From an uncultured Candidatus Sumerlaeota bacterium (GTDB lineage: Bacteria > CAYMEV01): 64,000 nucleotides of DNA. The translations under genes were made by a program, and so were the position numbers. The notes beneath the pieces are model-generated. The model was not told where the DNA came from and did no database searches. It saw only the letters and a list, made by a program, of their open reading frames with translations. Below, piece by piece: positions 57,915 through 64,000 of the stretch; the stretch's first letter is position 1; the number at the start of each line of letters is the position of its first letter. Where the stretch lies: contig CAYMEV010000009.1 in NCBI GenBank assembly GCA_964389675.1, forward strand, positions 62,001 to 126,000, written 5' to 3'.

Positions 57915-59628
57915 AAAGCCCGGGATTCACCCTGTGTCCAGTTGCTTTTTCATAACCGTAAGCTACCTGAAGCAGAAGCCTCTCGTCGCCCTTTGAACCG
58001 ACAAATGTCACGCCTATTGGCTCCCCGTCGCCCTTATAGCCTGCTGGCACACATATGGCAGGATAGCCTGCAGCTGCATATATATATGACATATGATTGC
58101 TTAAAGAAAAAAGCAGGGTGAGGCCATTATCAGCCAGAAGATTGTCAATGACATCACCTGCAGCCTTCCTGTTTGATTCAGCAAGAGATTCAATCTCATC
58201 AGCTGTTGAATTATTATTCTCAGATGCTGTTAGCAGCTCCTGTCCGAAAGGCATTCTTTCTTCAGGATTTTCAAGATTGAATTCAATAATCTGGGCAAGT
58301 GACCTGCATTTCTGGCCTCTGGCAAGATTTTCCAGATAACTGTTAATACCGGATCTAAACTGATATTTAAATACAGACAGCACATCAAGCTTATCATAAA
58401 TGGATTCATCCATCTCAATAAAAAGTACCTCAGCTCCTGCCTTTTTAAGCTCACCAGCAATTCGAAGCTGTATAATCCCTTCACCTGTCCTGTAATAATA
58501 CTGCCTCATCAGATCATTCCCGACCAGTCCAAGGCGCATTCCTTTCAGTGGCTTGCCTGAAGGCTCTGACAATCTGTAGTCTGTCATGATTTCACTGCAG
58601 GAAGATGTAGCAGGGTCTGCCTTATCAATTCCTGCAATGACAGATAACATCAGTGCTGCATCCCTTACAGATGATGTTATAGGCCCTGCAGTATCCTGCG
58701 CCTCTGCAATCGGGATAATGCAATCACGGCTTACAAGACCCAGTGATGGCTTTAATCCTATTACTGAGTTCTGGCTTGCCGGATATACTATTGACCCGGA
58801 TGTCTCCGTTCCTAATGCCAAGGGAGACAATCCCATAGCTACAGCTGCTGCAGATCCTGAACTTGAACCACCAGCATCAAAACGGCCGTAGGGATTTACA
58901 GTCTGTCCTCCAAGGGATGAGAACCCATTTGAGGAATTCTCAGACATAAAATTTGCCCATTCGCTCAGGTTTGTTTTTGCAAGTATTATGCCTCCTGATT
59001 GTTTAATCCTGGATACAATAAATGCATCCCTTTTGCAAAAGCTGTTTTCCAGAGCTATTGCTCCTGCACTTGTCGGCTGGCTGTCTGAAGTACCTATATT
59101 GGCCTTGATAACCACAGGAATACCAAAAATGGGGTATTTTCCCATCTCATCCCTTTTGCTGTCCCAATAACTTGCTTCTTCCAGAGAGTTTTTATTTACC
59201 GAGAGAATTATATTCATTCCCCTTTCCTGTGATCTTCTCATCTTCAGGAGATAATAGGTTACCACATCGAGCACTGTTATTTCTTCAGAAAATTTCAGCT
59301 CAAATCTTTTAGAGAAAAAGGGAAACGGGCTTCTCCACACAATTCGGCCCTTAATTTCATTATCCCGGTAAAGATTCAAAATATCATGAGCATCTTTCCC
59401 ATGAAAGATATGATCATAGATTTTCTCCTTCCTTTCTGCAAAATGGTCCAGTTCTTCTCCGCAGAAGCTGAAATCAGCCTGCTTAGCCTTAAAGGAAGAT
59501 GCCTTTGGGGAATATTGAAGCATTACCTGTTCTGCAATCCATTTGTCTGCAATTCTTATTTCATCCCCAAGGACCAGACTTGAGATTATAAAGGATAAAA
59601 TAAGGGTTATAATATATGATTTTTTCAT
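57904..59628 (-). CDS. exported amidase-signature family enzyme
   Basis: VIKANI, AKTNLSEWANF, GGSSSGSA, GTETSGSI, GYPAICVP; signal peptide and N-terminal extension. Confidence 0.9.
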   Translation of the reverse strand: MKKSYIITLILSFIISSLVLGDEIRIADKWIAEQVMLQYSPKASSFKAKQADFSFCGEELDHFAERKEKIYDHIFHGKDAHDILNLYRDNEIKGRIVWRSPFPFFSKRFELKFSEEITVLDVVTYYLLKMRRSQERGMNIILSVNKNSLEEASYWDSKRDEMGKYPIFGIPVVIKANIGTSDSQPTSAGAIALENSFCKRDAFIVSRIKQSGGIILAKTNLSEWANFMSENSSNGFSSLGGQTVNPYGRFDAGGSSSGSAAAVAMGLSPLALGTETSGSIVYPASQNSVIGLKPSLGLVSRDCIIPIAEAQDTAGPITSSVRDAALMLSVIAGIDKADPATSSCSEIMTDYRLSEPSGKPLKGMRLGLVGNDLMRQYYYRTGEGIIQLRIAGELKKAGAEVLFIEMDESIYDKLDVLSVFKYQFRSGINSYLENLARGQKCRSLAQIIEFNLENPEERMPFGQELLTASENNNSTADEIESLAESNRKAAGDVIDNLLADNGLTLLFSLSNHMSYIYAAAGYPAICVPAGYKGDGEPIGVTFVGSKGDERLLLQVAYGYEKATGHRVNPGLFSQ

Positions 59629-59858
59629 ATTCTTCTCCTTAAACCATTACTGATCTATTCAAATTGATTATACAAAATCCCCTGTAAAGACACAATTTTT
59701 TTATCTTTAATTCCTGTTAAATATTCTGTATTATAATTAAAATCATTATTTATTGCTTATTCTTTTGGCTTGACTATTATTTTTTTAAACCATTTGGATC
59801 AATATAATGTCATAAAATAAACAAAGATGATTGATTAAAATAAATAAAGGAGATTTCT

Positions 59859-60425
59859 ATGAAATACCGGATTTTGCTGACACTTTCTGTCTTATTGCTG
59901 ATAACTGCTTTTTGGAGCTGCTCTACCATGCAGGAGCATCCTTCAGGAAAAAGGGTCGCCTTTGAAGTAGGGGCGATCGCTCCCAATTTTGAGGCAAAGG
60001 ATCTTGATGGAAATATATATAATCTATGGGACCTTAATGGAAAAAAGGTCATACTGAGCTTCTGGGCTACCTACGATGCAAGATCAAGGCTTCAGCTTGA
60101 TGATTTTCAGGAATTCTACAACAGAATGGATAAAGATAAGGCAGTACTCCTTGGCCTGACCTTCAAGGAACAGGAAGGCGATATAATCCCCCTGCTTCAG
60201 AGAAGACTGATAAATTATCCAAATATAGTCGACAGGCATGGCCGAATTGGAAGATATTACGGAATTACAATAATAGAAAATGTTGATGAGTTTGGCCATC
60301 AGATAATTGATCCGGATTCTGCAAGAAGCTTTCCAGTTACAGTCTTTATAAATGAGGACAGCACTATCGAGAAAATAATATCTGTGCAGATCAGCCCCCA
60401 GATGCTTAATGAATTTGCAATGTAG
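59859..60425 (+). CDS. TlpA/AhpC-TSA-like thioredoxin-fold lipoprotein lacking CxxC
   Basis: Lipoprotein-like signal (FWSC), APNF..DLDG..L..LNGKKVILSFWATYDARSR, cis-Pro FPVT. Confidence 0.8.
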   Translation: MKYRILLTLSVLLLITAFWSCSTMQEHPSGKRVAFEVGAIAPNFEAKDLDGNIYNLWDLNGKKVILSFWATYDARSRLQLDDFQEFYNRMDKDKAVLLGLTFKEQEGDIIPLLQRRLINYPNIVDRHGRIGRYYGITIIENVDEFGHQIIDPDSARSFPVTVFINEDSTIEKIISVQISPQMLNEFAM

Positions 60426-60504
60426 CATTAAAGCTGTTGCATCTTGACAGATTTTGCTTTCAGAAGGGGATAAATCAGAAATAGCAGGCTTTAAGAGATA
60501 AAAA

Positions 60505-61602
60505 CTATCTTTGCATTGATTCTACATAATCTGGAAACAGGTATTCAATCAGCTTAAAAAGAAGTCCGGCTGAATGGCTCTTGTCATCCTTGTCAAGCCG
60601 GTTGACATTGATAATTATTACTGCGTTTTTTAACGGCATATAAAACATCTCAGAAGAAAATCCAAATATTGTGCCGTTATGACCCCAGAAACCGCCTATA
60701 TCAAGTATTCCAAGGCCATATCGTACCCATTCAGGGCTTTTGTCCATCGGCAATGCCTTCATTTGCTGTTCATGAGTTTCTGCTGTCAGCAGAGACCCGT
60801 CATAAAGCGCCTGGACAAAAATCCACATATCGCTCATACATGATATTACCGCACCACCTGTATGTGGCACTGAAGGATTAAGCTCAGTTACATCCCTGAA
60901 ACTGTCATTTTCGAAAGAATATCCCCTGAGTGTGCCCGGGAGGGTATTTACAGTCGGGTATACTGTTTTCTCAAGCCGAAGTGCAGAAAATATATGCTCA
61001 TCAAACTCTGATTCAATGGAATTTCCCGTCACCTTTTCAATAATAAGCCCAAGTATACTGTAGTTGACATTACTGTAGACAACCTTTTCACCAGGGGTAA
61101 AAAAGCTGTCTGATTTCATTCCGGACATTTCGACAGCTTCTGAAATCGAGAATTCCATATCAAGATCTTCATACCATTTTGAAAGGAACTCATGGTCGGC
61201 AAAATCTGTAATTCCTGAATTCATATTTAACAGCTGCCTTATCGTTATAATATCTGAGTTCGGAAATTCGGGCAGATATTCTGAAAGGCTGTCATCCAGG
61301 CAGATCAGCCCTTCATCATGCATCTGCAGAATTCTCAGGGCTGTAAATGTTTTTGAGATGCTTGCAATACGGAATGGCTGATTTATTTTGCGAATTATGT
61401 TATTGTCTATATCAGCAAACCCGAAAGCTTTATGGTAGTTCATTTCTCCATTGATCCATATCAGCACTTCTGCACCCGGTATATTATTAGAATCTATATA
61501 AGTCTTTATAATTTCATCTAAAGGATCCACATTGTCCCTTTTTTGCTTCTGGCATGAACACATCATAAGGAAAATAGAAAATATAATCAGTATATTTTTC
61601 AT
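60505..61602 (-). CDS. serine hydrolase (beta-lactamase class C / D-Ala peptidase family) lipoprotein
   Basis: FRIASISK (SxxK), LLNMNSG, YSNVNY, WGHNG. Confidence 0.9.
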   Translation of the reverse strand: MKNILIIFSIFLMMCSCQKQKRDNVDPLDEIIKTYIDSNNIPGAEVLIWINGEMNYHKAFGFADIDNNIIRKINQPFRIASISKTFTALRILQMHDEGLICLDDSLSEYLPEFPNSDIITIRQLLNMNSGITDFADHEFLSKWYEDLDMEFSISEAVEMSGMKSDSFFTPGEKVVYSNVNYSILGLIIEKVTGNSIESEFDEHIFSALRLEKTVYPTVNTLPGTLRGYSFENDSFRDVTELNPSVPHTGGAVISCMSDMWIFVQALYDGSLLTAETHEQQMKALPMDKSPEWVRYGLGILDIGGFWGHNGTIFGFSSEMFYMPLKNAVIIINVNRLDKDDKSHSAGLLFKLIEYLFPDYVESMQR

Positions 61603-61643
61603 TAACTGCCCCTTTCCGGCTTTTTTATCCGCTTCTATAACGT

Positions 61644-63368
61644 CTATGATGACAGGTAGGAATCAAATACAAGCCTTTTATTCCCAAGATGTTCATATCT
61701 ATAATCTCTGTACCTGTTCACTCTTGAAAGTATTATATCCAGATTCTTTCTTTTTTTAAGAATTATTTTAATGCTTTCAGCACTTATTTCTATTCTTCCT
61801 GCATTGGAGAGGCAGGTATCAAAGATTTCTTCATCTTCCATATACATATCCATATCCCTGATAAAAAGCCTGTATATATTGTGCGAAAGAACTGTCATTA
61901 AAAAATCAAACCTGACATCAATATCCATCGATAAATAATCCTTATTGAGATGAAAAAGCATAATCTGCTTTTTTACCGGTTTTTTATTCAGGTATTTCTC
62001 AAAATATATCTGTGCTATTCTCTTCTTTTCAGTAAAAAAATCGTTTGTCAGAATTGATACCTTTGCTGAACTGTTCCTGTACAGGATATTAAGGTGCCTG
62101 AGCTTATGCTCTACCGGACTGTCTATTGGATTATATCCCGGATATAGAAGCTTCTCTTCATATACAAATATTTCAGGATTTCTTTCTTTGGAATTTTCAT
62201 ATAGATGAATATGGCTCATCAGAGGCAGATCAAGGTCCTTTCCAGTTGTCTTCCCGCCTGCCGTGGGATAAAACCTGTAGAACCTGATTCCATGCCTGTT
62301 CAGCTTTCCGAGATTTTCATGATCTGCCAATGAATAGTCAAAAGCCATGTATTTTGCAAAACTTTTTTTATCCTCAGAACGGCCGTACAGTTCTGCAAAC
62401 ATAAAGGCTTCCCTGTACAAATCCGGATAACTGCCCGGGTCTTTATACAGATCAATTATCTCCGTTTCGCTGTCATAGGAAAAAACAAGCAGTCTTTCTG
62501 TCAGCTGCTTTTTGCTGTATTCTGAAGGCATCCTCCAGCAGGGTATATTTATGGTATCTATGGTCACATGGCTCCCTAAAAGGCCCTTTTTAAGCCATAA
62601 TGAGTGCATCTTGACCAGGAGATCAAAAGTATATTTATTTTGCAGCTTCTCAGAATAGGATGTAAACCAGTATGGTCTGGGAAGGACTGATAGCCCTGCA
62701 AACAACCCCAGTCCCCTGTCCATGGAAAAAAGCTCTTCAGAGCTTTGCCTGTTCAGTTTGGACAGTTTCAGCGCAAGAAATGACATTATTATAGACATTT
62801 TTGAAAATCCGGGCATATCAGGCAAAATAGAATCATTTATGATTTTATCTATCCCGTATAGCTTAACATAGGGTATTAAAAGAAGTATACCGATATTTGA
62901 GCTTTGAAAGGCCTCCGGGGAAAAATCCAGGCTTATGCTGACTGACTCTTTTACAGCAGTTTTTTCAGACCTCTTTCTTTTTTTAAGCTTCTGAAAGCCC
63001 TCTTTTTTTAATAATCTGTAGCAATAGCTTTCTGATACCACACAGCCCCTTGCATCAAGTATGGACTTTATCTCCTGGATGGAGAAACCCTCTTTCCTCA
63101 GTGAGATAATCTCCTTCTTTATGTCATCGCTTATCCTTTTTGTTCTCTTTCCGGGTGATTTAACCTTGAAAAAATAATCATCCCGGGGATTAGTTTTCAA
63201 AAAAGCCTTGAATTCTCGCAGAAGAGAATAGAAAGATGACTGAGTATAGCCATATTTTTCTGCTACAACGGATGCAGGCAGATTATTCAGGTAATACTCC
63301 CTGAGTGCTTCATATTTCTTCTGTGAAGCGCTTCTGTATTTTCTGAAATATTCTTTCGGCTGAACCAT
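61644..63368 (-). CDS. DDE-transposase-derived protein, probably catalytically inactive
   Basis: HTH QKKYEALREYY..VAEKYGY, second HTH SESYCYRLLKKEGF, MDRGLGLFAGL, TID, AFD, ILTND; Y-x2-R-x3-E region reads YFEKYLNK; no terminal inverted repeats seen. Confidence 0.7.
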   Translation of the reverse strand: MVQPKEYFRKYRSASQKKYEALREYYLNNLPASVVAEKYGYTQSSFYSLLREFKAFLKTNPRDDYFFKVKSPGKRTKRISDDIKKEIISLRKEGFSIQEIKSILDARGCVVSESYCYRLLKKEGFQKLKKRKRSEKTAVKESVSISLDFSPEAFQSSNIGILLLIPYVKLYGIDKIINDSILPDMPGFSKMSIIMSFLALKLSKLNRQSSEELFSMDRGLGLFAGLSVLPRPYWFTSYSEKLQNKYTFDLLVKMHSLWLKKGLLGSHVTIDTINIPCWRMPSEYSKKQLTERLLVFSYDSETEIIDLYKDPGSYPDLYREAFMFAELYGRSEDKKSFAKYMAFDYSLADHENLGKLNRHGIRFYRFYPTAGGKTTGKDLDLPLMSHIHLYENSKERNPEIFVYEEKLLYPGYNPIDSPVEHKLRHLNILYRNSSAKVSILTNDFFTEKKRIAQIYFEKYLNKKPVKKQIMLFHLNKDYLSMDIDVRFDFLMTVLSHNIYRLFIRDMDMYMEDEEIFDTCLSNAGRIEISAESIKIILKKRKNLDIILSRVNRYRDYRYEHLGNKRLVFDSYLSS

Positions 63369-63480
63369 ATTTAATCTATATAATTACAGCCGAAAAGGTC
63401 AATATATTTGTATATTCAGTTATTTTTTCTTGTTTTTTTTTTAACACAGTATATTTTTTAGCTGAAATACGGGCTATATT

Positions 63481-64000
63481 ATGAAAATTGAAAAGATTTT
63501 ATTGATCAATCCGCCATACAGCTATGAAAAACAGCTTGGCTTTCTATCGCACAATTCCCCAAAGGTACCTCCAATGGGGCTTTTATCCATAGGTTCCTAT
63601 GCTAAGCATAATGGATATTCTGTCAGGATACTGGATGCCCAGACCCTTAATCTGAATGACAATGACATTTTGACCGAAATCAAATCCTGCAGGCCTGATC
63701 TTGTAGGGTTTACAGCCGTTACACTTAATATATCCGATGCATCACGCCTTGCAAAGAAGATAAAGGATAATTATCCCGGAATAATTACTGTAGTTGGCGG
63801 GATCCATGTAAGCGCACTTCCGGAAAAGACACTGGGAAAATACCCCTATTATGATTATATTGTACTGGGGGAAGGTGAAATAACCTTTTATGAGCTTCTA
63901 AATGCTCTTAATCAGGACCTTGATATCCATAATGTTGCAGGGTTAGCCTACCTTGATGAACATGGCAGATATTTCAGCACCGGAGCAAGGAAATTCATAG
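63481..64000 (+). CDS. cobalamin-binding radical SAM protein, N-terminal part (runs off the window)
   Basis: Hand translation MKIEKILLINPP..PPMGLLSIGSY..ILDA..PDLVGFT..VVGGIHVS..GEGEITF; not in ORF track. Confidence 0.85.
   Translation, partial: MKIEKILLINPPYSYEKQLGFLSHNSPKVPPMGLLSIGSYAKHNGYSVRILDAQTLNLNDNDILTEIKSCRPDLVGFTAVTLNISDASRLAKKIKDNYPGIITVVGGIHVSALPEKTLGKYPYYDYIVLGEGEITFYELLNALNQDLDIHNVAGLAYLDEHGRYFSTGARKFI

Noticed and set aside
60426-60504. Imperfect inverted repeat TTAAAGC...GCTTTAA between convergent genes
   Set aside because: Weak pairing; at most a terminator-like structure
1-64000. CRISPR arrays, rRNA, prophage or tRNA-anchored integrative element
   Set aside because: No regularly spaced repeats, rRNA-like sequence, integrase or phage genes, and no duplicated tRNA 3' end was noticed

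Overview
AT-rich, gene-dense chromosomal segment of an apparently anaerobic, diderm bacterium (taxon not identifiable from sequence alone; standard genetic code plus a tRNA-Sec). It is mostly housekeeping: asnS, leuS, dGTPase, PBP1A, ribD-ribE-ribBA-ribH-nusB, DinG, leuCD-like aconitase, holA, trxB, thyX, rpsT, tRNA-Pro(GGG) and tRNA-Sec(UCA). There are two energy-conservation clusters: an Nqr/Rnf-like B-C-D-E-F operon lacking NqrA/RnfC/RnfB but ending in an uncharacterised gene, and a NuoE/NuoF/GltD-NuoG (Stn-like) oxidoreductase followed by etfBA. Two edge-truncated genes are missing from the ORF track: a PP2C-cyclase-like-STAND NTPase protein (1..2682, minus) and a B12-binding radical SAM protein (63481..64000). 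The most unusual signals are several intact pseudo-enzymes: a full-length DDE transposase homologue with an eroded catalytic motif and no visible element ends, a hybrid histidine kinase with Tyr replacing the phospho-His, a TlpA without CxxC, a degenerate cyclase domain, and a possible Zn-less S1/P1-like protein. No CRISPR array, rRNA, prophage or clearly active mobile element was seen. All family assignments come from motif recognition by eye, not from database searches.
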